Below, one piece after another: positions 37,901 to 56,900 of a DNA stretch of 64,000 bases (the stretch's first letter is position 1; the number at the start of each line of letters is the position of its first letter). Location: positions 181,063 through 245,062 of the forward strand of contig NMRA01000342.1 in assembly GCA_002633005.1 (NCBI GenBank), given 5' to 3'. Position numbers and translations under genes: made by a program. A model generated the notes under the pieces. It had not been told where the DNA came from and searched no databases. It worked only from the letters and a program-made list of their open reading frames with translations. Origin of the DNA: Phoronis australis (Eukaryota; Animalia; Phoronida).

Positions 37901-39856
37901 TCACAACAGGTAACTTAAAAAGTGCCTGTTGGTTATTCTCAAGCTTAGAAATCATTGTTCAGGTGAATAAGGAACAAGAGGATACCGATCTGGTAACTGG
38001 AAGATGACAGAAGGCACGGGTCTATTGACTCCTTAAAAATGGTGCCCTAGTTCTACTCATCAAGTGTTTCACACAAGGCACAGGCATCTAATTCCAAATA
38101 TAGGTGTATAACTTCACATGCAAACACATGGACCTAAACAAGTGCGTAACGATAGGTAGATGTGTACCTCTATCGAGTAAAGACAGCATTATGGAAATGC
38201 GTCTTACCGAAAATGATTGCTGCAAATTGAAGTGCACCTTGAAACCTTGTAGCCTCGTCTATTCAACTTCTTCTGCCACTCGAGATATTCTTCAGGCCGC
38301 GGATGATGAAATTTGAACTCCCAAACATGGGGCATAACCACGAATCTGAAATAATAATCTCGAAAGAATCAACATTTCGCACTTTTTTCGACAAGCCTCT
38401 GCCATAATATGTTGTGGATGATAGCTCAGCAACAGAGGCAGGTTCTCTTCTATATCGACACCATGGCACAGTCAAGGAAACCAGTGTTATTGCTAAACAA
38501 GTCACCATCATTGTAGAAAGGCTAATTAACTTATGAAAAAAAAACAAGTTTCAATCTAGACCACTAAACTATACAAAATTGGTCTTAAATTATCCCTTTG
38601 TCAAAAATTGATGTAATTTCAGGGAATGGAAAGTGCTCAGTTATTGCTTGAGACTAAGCTCTACAAGATGAGATACCATGACGACAGTTCCTTGCACTCA
38701 CAAACCATTGTTTTGATCAATAACTAAAAGGCTGGTTCTTTGCAAGACCAAAATTCACTTCTCGTTTCAGTAACAAACAAGCTGAGTTCAATTCTATAGC
38801 CCTTAAAATATTACAGTAAAATGACTTTTAACAGAAATGACCGATGCATACTGAGATATTTCTAAAGTTCTAAGCCAACGTAATGTAAAAAATCTAAATA
38901 ATCATGACAACACAATTCCTGATACAACAAGACTATGTCTATAGTCACTTTGTTATATTCCCAAACTGAAAATACTTTCAAGTTAAAGCTGCATGCACCA
39001 CTGTCTATGAAAACCATTGTTCTTGTTCGTTCATGTTTTAGGCAGCGACTCTTTAATTCTTTTAGGCCTCTAATACGCAACACTATGGACCGCAAGATTT
39101 AATGCCACAAACGCGATTTATTCTAGGCAGAAGTTTGATACAGACAAGGTCTTGATCTAAATAGCACTGCTTGGAATTTATTATAATTAAAACAAAACAC
39201 TGTCACAGTGCTTTTCCACGAATTTCTACATTTTATCACTTTCACCTTTAAATTCTTGACATTGCAGCGTTTTTCATTTCCTTTGACATGTGCACTTCAC
39301 AGTACCAGGCAAAGTGAAACTGGAACTGCAAATGGAATGTACCGTACTAACAATGCTCACTGCTGGTTGCTCTCTCAACGTTCATACAGCATTCGCTAAG
39401 TTCGTCGTCTATGTTCAGCTCAACATCCGAGTTTTCTAACATTCAGTTTCTAATGCTCATGCTCTGTCACTTCCGTGATAAGCTGCACGTGAAGCTTACA
39501 TTAATGTTTAACTTCCTGGAGCTTAAACAAACGTGGCAGTCCAGGGTGACATTTCATAGAGGCAAGAGCCTCACATGAGATATCGCCACGTATTGGGAGC
39601 CGAGCACTACCACTAGCCTCAGCTGAGAGACTCTAGTATCTATGAAATGCAGCTCAGGTAACCATCCATGCTGAAGTCAAATGTCCACCGCCAGATATTT
39701 TACATTTTCAATCAAAAAAGTCCTGGAAGTAAACCGCAACAAATTTAGCAAAATATTGTAGATATCATACAAATCACGAGAATATGGTAAAAATTACCTT
39801 TTCGGATATCTACGGTCATTTCTACAGTTAGCTACACTGCACGTGTTCGAGACCAT
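34184..39856 (-). CDS. THAP zinc-finger and coiled-coil protein, whole spliced gene span (313 aa)
   Basis: Exons 39856-39798, 38345-38208, 34928-34184 with GT-AG junctions in phases 2/2; 942 nt. The N-terminus MVSNTCSVANCRND...FKFHHP...W...ICSNHF.YGRP...PVLY carries the C2CH ligands and the conserved P, W and F of THAP. The C-terminus is a heptad-like coil. Confidence 0.85.
36057..38131 (+). repeat. Direct duplication across single N (36057-36966 vs 36968-38131)
   Basis: Near-identical copies; the second carries 254 extra bp (37329-37582). Confidence 0.9.
38208..38345 (-). CDS. THAP gene coding exon 2
   Basis: ttcag|FVVMPHVWEFKFHHPRPEEYLEWQKKLNRRGYKVSRCTSICSNHF|gtaaga. Confidence 0.87.
39798..39856 (-). 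CDS. THAP gene coding exon 1
   Basis: Acceptor ttccag with exon starting at 39881; in-frame TGA just upstream of the ATG; MVSNTCSVANCRNDRRYPK|gtaatt. Confidence 0.82.
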
Positions 39857-40641
39857 AATTCATCCGAGGCGAGTAGTCGACCTGGAACAAGGTAATTATG
39901 CACAATTCAATGCACACGCGATGTTGTCTTTCCTAAGTTCAGTTGAGCAATCTCGAGTACAATTAAGCAAACAGTATGTTTATACAGTAGAAAACCATAG
40001 GTAGATTTTCTTGGTTGGTCCAGCCAGGAATCAAACCGGAGATGTGTACCCAAAACCAGTCAGGCATCATTGTACTCTGCCACAATCCACTGCAACCCAC
40101 TTCCACTCTCCTTATTCCGAGGGACTCATGGAGTAAACCTGTAGATTTGCACTTTACTAAATATGGTGCAATTGGTTAACAAACCTCCAGTCTAAATCTA
40201 AGTTTCCTGGAGATTATACACCGGGCATAGTTGAGCGTCCTGATTTTGGCCCTCAGCGACACTTTCCATCTTGTCCTCAAAAATGGTCTCAGTGACCCTA
40301 TCTTTCTGTTCTAGACCATTCCTCAAGTTGGTGCCCTCTCTGCATGATGCAGTCCCCCATTCAATTTTACTCCACTCTTTTTGGTATTAAGATCAGTCTG
40401 ATAAACAGTGGTGTACACAAATCAAGTCACCCATTGTTTTACTCAGGCAGGTTACACAATAGATGTTGGGGCACGATATCAACAAAGAAACAGTATTTGC
40501 AATGAATATTATTTCTTTTTTTCTTTAGATAGTTAATCATTTTTTGCAATGAAAGTTTTCAATCTGCAGCCAGGAGGCATTACCTGTTCCGTGGAAGGGA
40601 GGGGTTGAAAAGTGTTGTGATACGAGGTTTTCGGGTGTGAC

Positions 40642-41236
40642 GTAGAAAATTTCAGTGCCTCCAATGAGACTTGAACCCAGGTTGCACGAGCAACGGTCAA
40701 AAAACCAAAACCATTTGGCTTAGAGAGGCTGACTGTACTGGTACGTGTCGTCACAACCGGAAGTCACAACACTACTCCTTCCTTCCGCGGAACAGCTAGG
40801 CACGCTGCCTGGCTTTAGATCTCAGCAACAACCTAGAATCCTGGAATTTGCCGTCAGTGACGCTCTCTTTGTGCTCTGAATCCACCACTACCAGGTCGCC
40901 CCCTCTCCATCCACTGCTTTACATCTAACGGTTAATCCTGGATTATTCCTTAGTTGGGTGCCAATGTAGAAAATTTCAGTGTCTCTGGTGAGACTTGAAC
41001 CCAGGTTGCACAAGCGATCAAGCATCTAAACCATTCGGCCAAGAGGCAATTGCCACTTGGTAAGCGGCTTAGAGAGGCTTTATCTGATTGTACATGTCGT
41101 CAACAACGTACAGCCTGACAAAGCCTCTCTACATCACATTCTAAGCCGCAATTACCTCTTGGGAGAATAGTTTGGATGCTTGGCTCTCACTCGTGCAATC
41201 TGGGTTCAAGCCTTGGTGTCAGCCAAATTTTCTACA
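40642..41236. mobile_element. Cluster of three tRNA-derived SINE-like repeats
   Basis: Copies near 40642-40755 (-), 40965-41105 (-) and 41120-41236 (+) with B-box GGTTCAAG, A-box-like TGGCCGAATGG and a shared AAATTTTCTACA tail. Confidence 0.6.
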
Positions 41237-41355
41237 AAGCAAGAAAATCTAATCTTCTGGCTGCCATGCATTCACACAAGTCACAACGGTGACAGAATGT
41301 GTGCCAAAAAGTGACACATTCTGAGGACTGTAGTGATTCTTCAAAGGTGTCTTAC

Positions 41356-42224
41356 CTTACATCTTAGTTGTCCGTGGTCGAGCTCAATAGTTCTGCTTTG
41401 GTGTGTGGTCTGGGTATCGAATGCCACTCTGCATCCAAACATGTGTATCGGCCGCAGGGCCGCTTAATTAATATTCATGATGCGCCCTCATTGGCCATTA
41501 CCGGCATATGGGCCGGACAGCCAACGTCGGCAGTCTCCAAGACGAACAGCAGTCGTCTCTCGATGCCGACAGAGGGCGCGCGCGGCAGAAGGCCAGCGCA
41601 GCAGTGAGACAGGTCAAGTGACGTCTCACTACAGGACGTAGCGGGACAAAGTTTCAAAAACGAGACTCCTAGAACAGTTGTCAACCACTTGAACCCCACT
41701 ACACTGACAGTGACTGACTTACTTGTTGTTTCGTTGTTTTGTTTACAAATTATTTCGACCCCAACATCGCCCACTTCTTGATATCACAAGTGGTTTTATG
41801 ATTTTGCGTTCGGACTGCAAACAAAAACTAACTTGTTCTTTCCAAAACAATGAAATCGCAGTGAAAATTGGCGCAAGTACAAATGACAGAACACAACAAA
41901 AAAGCCGACTCCACTCTCCAGGCAGGCCTACCTCTCGAATCCCTGTTGACTGTTTTGATCCTAGCGAATGATATAAATCCCACAAATCCTTGCGGCGGTT
42001 TCCGGCAAAAATCAAATACGAAAACATTCTACATTCTTTTTATACGACAGGTAATCTGTGGTTTAGTTGCTTCGGTGTGATAATATATTTTGTGAAAATT
42101 GTCGTAGGACTACTGAAAATAAGGCAAACAAATAAATAGAACAAAACAACAAATAATAAACAGTTGAAATTTCGATACGAAACTAAAGTGACGTACTTCT
42201 CACTATCTCAGTTTAAAATTCAAG
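41356..42224. promoter_or_regulatory. Bidirectional promoter and 5' UTR region between THAP gene and PSMA4
   Basis: CpG-rich patch near 41450-41650; minus-strand donors (cttaccttac 41351-41360); TGACGT at 41619 and 42189; TTCCGG near 42000; plus-strand donor cag|gtaatc at 42050/42051. Confidence 0.6.
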
Positions 42225-50078
<7,854 letters not shown>

Positions 50079-53000
50079 TTTCTCATTGGTCATTTTGATC
50101 ATGTGATTGTTTTATTGACAGTAACTTGCATTGCTCATTGGTGCATGATCTCCATTCGTTGGTTTTGTCATCATTCTTAGGGAGCAAAAGCCATTGAGAA
50201 CAGAGTTCTTCGTGAGTGGAGATAATTTTTGAAGTTGCTCGAAGGATCACTATGTTCGATCTTTGTAAGACACAGGAAGATTGCACTTGGGATGTAGTGT
50301 TATGGAGCTCTCTTTGGTTCAGTGTTTGCTTGTGGCAGGTTACAATTGAATTTGTTTTGTAAATGTTTGTACACAGCGCAGAATACAATATGGTAGTAAC
50401 CTTTCATTGTTTCCTCGTGTAGATCTGTGATATCAAACTTTGAACTGCTTAAAACTTAACACGTAAGTGAATCTTCACTTTCAACAAGGTGCAAAAAGGT
50501 ATGAAATGCTCCCCAGTGGATGGCACAGGTGTTCTGAGTAACAGCTTTCCCATGAACCACAATTTCTACGAAGATACCCATTAATGAACTGCTGCTGTCC
50601 TTTCCTTTTTCTCATCTCTGGGAAAAAGTGTGAGTGAGCAGAACTGTGTTTCAAAAGAAAAGAAATGTGGTATACAAAAAAGGCAGCTAGTGAGAAAAGA
50701 ATTGTTTTCGTGATGACAATCTCTGTGGAGCCCTGGAGGGAGTAAGATTTGTTAAGATATAGGCGATCTTGGTTACCAGGGATCTTTTTTTTTTCAATAG
50801 ACCCATAAAACAATATACATTTAAAATCATAGAGTCTTGTGTACACAAGAATTATGCCTAGATGTTCGTAATTGTTTGGAAAATACAACAACCTCTGTGA
50901 AATCTCATGTTTTAAAAAACAACCATGTGATTACAAATATATGGCCATTGCTTTCACGCACACAAGATTTTGTGATCATAAAGGATTTTTATGCATCCAC
51001 ATATTTTTATGTGGTCGCATATTGCCGTCATCTGTCTGTGGCTGGGCGTCTGGAGTTTTATCTTCTAAACCCCTGACAGGATCTTGATGAGATTTGTCAG
51101 ATGTGTTCCTATGAAGCTGATGGAGGACGACAAATTTCGGATCTCTGACTATCCGTGTGCCCCCTAGTGGCAATTTTAGTTTTTTTACAATCCTCAACAG
51201 ATTTTTATAAAATTTGGCATTTAGGCATCTATTAGTGAGATGATGCCACCCTCCCGTTTTCGGATGGATTCGAAGTACTTTGCGCCATCTAGTGGCCATT
51301 TTTATGTTCCAAATATACACCCTGAGAAGCACACCGTTTACAGTGCATTTGTGGGCGCATTTCAACGCTCCGTGTTGCTCTTGTTAAAGTATTTAGTTTT
51401 ATGGGCCTACTATTAATATTTAAAAGCTTAATATTTAAAGCTGCATTTCATCCTGTTTGGCTGGCTAAAAATGAAAATCAAATTGTGCCTATTACTCTCC
51501 TAAAATTGATCTGTTGGTGTTTGTTACCATGATAAGATCCTATTTCCATCACCAACAAGAACATCGAAATCGTTGGCGAGTCAAGAAAATGCTTTAGTTT
51601 TTTGGGGTTTCGAAAACCGAATTGTGCCTTTTACTCTCCTAAAATTAATCTGTTGCCAACACGAAAACTGCAAATTCGAAAATGTGGCATGTATGCATTT
51701 CCTGCAACAAAATTTGGAAATGGAATCGTAGCATGGTAAGGGATATAATGAGACTGATTTGATAAGAGTAAAGGTATATTTAATTTTTTGTTTTTAGCCA
51801 GGTACACGGCAAAGTGCAACTTTAAGAAATCCAATCGTTGGTGTCACAGGTTACCCGTACCTTTAACTCTGTACAACTTGTTGAGGCAGACAACAAAATC
51901 GCACAACTTATATGTCTGAATGCATTGTTAAGTGCTTTGACTTGGTATCTCTCTCTTCAAACACGTAACACAAAATTAATAAAACCATGTGGCTTTTAAT
52001 GAAGCATACATGAAGAGTACATAATTATAAACTAAACAAAATGCATTGAACACTTGGTTGTCAGATGTCGCAAAACCTTTACAAGAAAATTTCGAATGTT
52101 GAAGTAGAGAAAGAAAAACATATATTCTGTAAATATTCACTAAGGCTATAACTACTCCTAACGTAATCCAAGCCAGCGTTGTTTTCTTACATGATTAAAT
52201 AGACCATGAACAGACCATCATGTTTTATAAAAAAAGAGCTAAATGGTTCATAATACTTTGCATACAACATTTACAACTTGATAAGAGTCCTAGTTACTCA
52301 TAAAAGTTACAATCACTAATGCTTTGAGAATAATTCCAACATAAAATGTTCCCAATAACATTCACAAAGGTCGCCAAGCAGGAAAGTTTTGAGGTGATGC
52401 ATATGAGAAAAATTTCGACACTTTCAGAATCATCAGATATGAAAAGCACAGTTTAGATTAGAGACCTCTTTTAACACAAGCTGAATACACTAAATGAAGG
52501 GAATAATTTGCAGTACATACTGACACCTTCAGCAAAATCTTTTCTGGTCTTGCCCAACAGATGTGCAACCCCAGAGACAGTCTGGGGAATGTAAGCACAT
52601 GTAATTTCACTCTTAGTGTTTGACATACTAAGAAAAGTACAATTCAATAAATACATGATTACCCGGCTTGTTGAAACATGCGGCAAAACGGCATACAACT
52701 ACTTAGACAATTCCATACTAAGCTCGTAAACACTAAAACCATGGTTACGAACAATTAAAATCACTAGTCTCTCTCTAAACCGATTTCATACATGCATCAC
52801 ATTCGATGACGTTTCCACTTAACACATACATTTAGAAGACTTTGACAGTATCGACAAACATGGACAACGTCAAACAGTGACAAAATTGAGCATAAACGTT
52901 TTTCAGACGTGACCTGGAAAGCCCTAAACAGGAAGAATACTTGAACGAATAATTGTCAACCACCTTAACACTTCAAATTGTGTTCGGTCAGCCCATAGTG

Positions 53001-53800
53001 TGTTGTACTACACTGGCAGAATATGTGTGAGATGACAAATGCACACTGCTGGCAGCGATGATGCACAGCTTTCTCAATAGAGGGCACTGACAGTCCACCT
53101 GAAGATTCAGCAGTCTAGAAGAGTTGTGTAGTGATAGAGTTCCCATTAAGACACCAATCTGTTTTTAATAAAATTTTCAAGATCACAAGATGCGATCAAT
53201 AAATGGAGCATTGAGTTCTCCATGCCAGAAATTTACAGTCTCCTTTACCTTACTCAAATTACAATCCATTTCAAAATCGACCCCTAAGCTTAAGTTACAA
53301 CTGAAGTACAAAACACAGCAGTTAGATGCATGAAATGAAAACATTTTTTTAAGAATTCCTACAGTCCAAATCATAACAAGAATAAACCAGGTCAACAGTT
53401 ATAAATCTTCCTGTTGAAATAATCAATGAACTCTACCTTCACGGTGTCAATATGTGCAACTAGTAACAATAACGGTACTGAAGATTACAAAAAGCAAAGG
53501 GACCCATACAATAGCGTGAACCAATACCATGTTTGTTTAAAGATGGCGCTGCTTGTGTTTACATTTCAACATCAAGAGGCCATGCACAAAATGGAAACAG
53601 CAAACTACAAATAAGTTCACTATGTCACATTCCATACCTCAGCCTACTACGGAAATGTAACATAAAAGAAACTCACAAGTGACTTAACTGAGATTGACAC
53701 ATGAAATGCCTTGTGTATGCACTGCCATCTATTGCTGAACATGATCTGCGACATCTATTGAGAGCTCAGTGTTTCCTTCACACAAAGAACATCGCGCCTC

Positions 53801-53913
53801 CTAGTGGCCGTTGCATGACCTACAGCACATGCTGCCGTAGTAATTAATTTTACATAGTCGTGCTTGAACAACAACCTTGCATGTGTTTGATGTGTCATTA
53901 CAATCAGGATCAA
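53801..53913 (-). CDS. THSD4: Terminal PLAC-domain exon
   Basis: ttacag|VDPDCNDTSNTCKVVVQARLCKINYYGSMCCRSCNGH*. Confidence 0.9.
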
Positions 53914-56900
53914 CTGTAAACAGAAAAAGACATTTTAATTAGAAGGTGAACATTAGTTGCGTCCACACTTTGAGTTATTCTAACACAGCTTGCCTTTGAG
54001 CAACTTGCTCCTGTTCAGCCAAGTGTCCACACAACACACCTACACCATGCGACAAATATGGAGTGACTGCGAGCTGTGGTCGTGGGGGTGGAATTGGAGG
54101 TGACCGGAGGAGCGGGGAAGATTTTTGCCTCTGAAAAATAATTCTGCTACTAGAAGCCACAGGCATGTTTCCCTCACTAAGAACGACACCTGCAACTTGA
54201 CCAAACTAAAAGAATTTTACAGATTTACAAGATTTCTTCAATATAGCTGCGATTATGTGACCTGCACTACCATTTGGCTACATTCAGTCAAACCTTTACT
54301 TTGAAACCTGTGGCACCAAGACATAGCCATAACATAATGAACAGTGACAAGAGCTTAGTAAGGAAACACACTTCAAACAGTCTACAAGTAAGTGGGACAG
54401 TCCGCGCACCATGTAAATGAGGAGACATCATCAGTCCACAGTAGCTACCGCCACACGTTTGTGAAAATCGCTAACTGAAGACAGTTTTGTTAACTACCCA
54501 CCAGGTGGCACCGTTGGGCACGGCGTTGCTGAACAGGTCTGCTTAATGGATGGTTTAGTCCTCTGATTGCACCCATCGCTGGGACTCTGTCTCTTATCCA
54601 GGCACTTGAGTTCACGTGTGCGATAGCCCTCACCGCACGTGACAGAGCACTGGAATAAAGAAGATAAAATGGGTTGCTCTATAATATCGAACTGGTCAAT
54701 ATTTCTAGGTATACATCTTGGAGATAAGCATCAATAATTAGGTGACGAATCTAACATTTCTAGATGTTGCTCTATGTTAACATATCTTGTGAATACTTTT
54801 ACTTTTTATCATTGGTCACGGCTTCTGCATCTTTTTAGCGCTAATGATGTTGTGATCGAGAAAGTCAAATGCCTTTAACAGGTGGCTAAAACTGACAAAA
54901 ACGTCAATTCTTCGTACATAAATAACATCTCTGCCAAAATCTTTGTGTCATATTTCATTGAAATTTGTCAAGCCATTCTGACAACAAGAAACTGTTCAAG
55001 GACAATGCTGAAGGAAAAGATAATGGAAAAAAACAGTGTGCTAGGGAAGTTATCTCCCCCTGAAATTTGTGAGGTGGCAGCACATACGTAACGCAAACCT
55101 CCGGCTAAAGTTTCTTCAACATTCGCACAAGTTGAATCCCGAAAAAAACCTACCGGTGCTGACACATCCATACGCCAAGATTGATTATACTCCACCATGC
55201 TGATTTGAGATAACCAACGGAAAAGCTAAGGTATCCATGGACGGACAGCGACCAACGATCAGCACACTGACCCTATGTGACCACGAAAATGAGTTTTGTG
55301 GACGTGTAAAATTAAAAAGTATGAAAGTGTGCAAGTACAACTTCTCTTCATATCGACCTACATCAGCCAATCACAACTCACCTGACTCCAGTGTGACATA
55401 TACCACTCACTGTCACAGTCCGTCTGCTCGCAGCGCTGTTTCACCACAGGTTTGGTGTCAGCCTGACAGCTGTTCTCGCGAACCATGGAGTACCATCTGC
55501 CGTGCTTCTTCATGCAGACGACCGAGCGTATCTGGTAACCATGGGTACACGTGCCCTTGCACTGATCAAGAGAGAGGAAAATAATGTAGGGAAATTGGTG
55601 GACGTCGTAAAGTTAACTGAGTTAGATGACCGTCATAGCTACAAAACGTGTATCAAGTTGATTCTTATTCAGACTGCTAGCTATGCAGGAATTCAAAAAT
55701 AATTTTTAAAGTTCAAGACTGAAGTTGGGCTTTACATGATATTACTACATGATCACTGATAAATTCTGTCCTATGATTGACTAAAACACAGTACGTTGAC
55801 TTTTGCTATGAGGTGATGCTGCCACAATCATTTATGTCACTTTATATTCAAGCCACAAGAGGTCACTATTTGTGAACTAACGAATCAAGACACTGTAAGG
55901 CTCATAAAGCCTTGACCATGCAGTCAAAGTCAATAGACAATGTCAGAGTCAATCTAACAAAAGACAAAGAATTCAGAAGGTAGGAACATCAACAGCCATA
56001 TAACAATACAAATATCAGGACAAAATAGACCTCGAGACAGCAATGGTGTCAAGCGACAACATACAGTGCTGATAGAGACGCACAGAATTAGTGTCAACAT
56101 GCTAACTTCTAACAAATAGCAAGTACACATCAACAATCCTTTGGAAGTCTAACTACATCTTTGGAGAAGATCATCAAAACTGAGGGCTTCGCGGTTTTAC
56201 GTCTACCAATCCTCCTCGCACCCTTGTTCTTTGTGGCACAAGCTGCGTGCACCGGAACTTCAAATGGAACAACGAATCTTACTAATTCCCACTAGTTCAC
56301 TGCTCACCTCACTCCACTCGCCAGCAAACCATTGACCACCGCAATTTTTCTTTGAGCTGCAAGGCTTCTCTTCATGAGGTCTCTTGCTGGAGTCACACGC
56401 CGAGGGCCGGCCAGGTGACCCCTGGCAGTAGACTTTACGTGTCAGCGTGCCCTCCCCGCAGTCCGCTGAACACTATACAGAACAGTGGGCAATGTTACGC
56501 AGTGTGTACTCTGTATACTCTGCTTTCTCACTTTTGAATGATGTTTTACGTACTACTACTAATAAGCATTTTACAGTCAGTGCTAGACTAGTTTTCAAAA
56601 ACATCAGCGGGTAATGTTGAAGAACCTGGAGCAAAATGGTAAAAAGTTAACCGCAAATCATAACCAGTTATCACGTTCACATTTTTTATTAGTAAATCCA
56701 AAATTGATCAAAGGAAAATTAATTTTAAAGTCTACTTAAAAACGACAGGGGAACAAGAAGACCCACCTGTTCAGACCACCTGGTGTGGAACCATGTCTTT
56801 TGACATGCTCCTTCATTGCATGTCTCTCTCCAACGTGGTTTCTCCTGCAGGTGTCGACACGCATTATCGTCCACTTTGTCGCCATCGTTGTTCACGCAGG

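Noticed and set aside
40965-41060. Possible tRNA gene (also near 14170-14240)
   Set aside because: A/B-box-like motifs are present but there is no convincing cloverleaf; diverged copies share non-tRNA flanks, as SINEs do.
41356-41442. ATG-initiated frame MFGCRVAF... in the THAP gene's first exon as an N-terminal extension
   Set aside because: An in-frame TGA precedes the ATG at 39856, and THAP domains are normally N-terminal; treated as 5' UTR.
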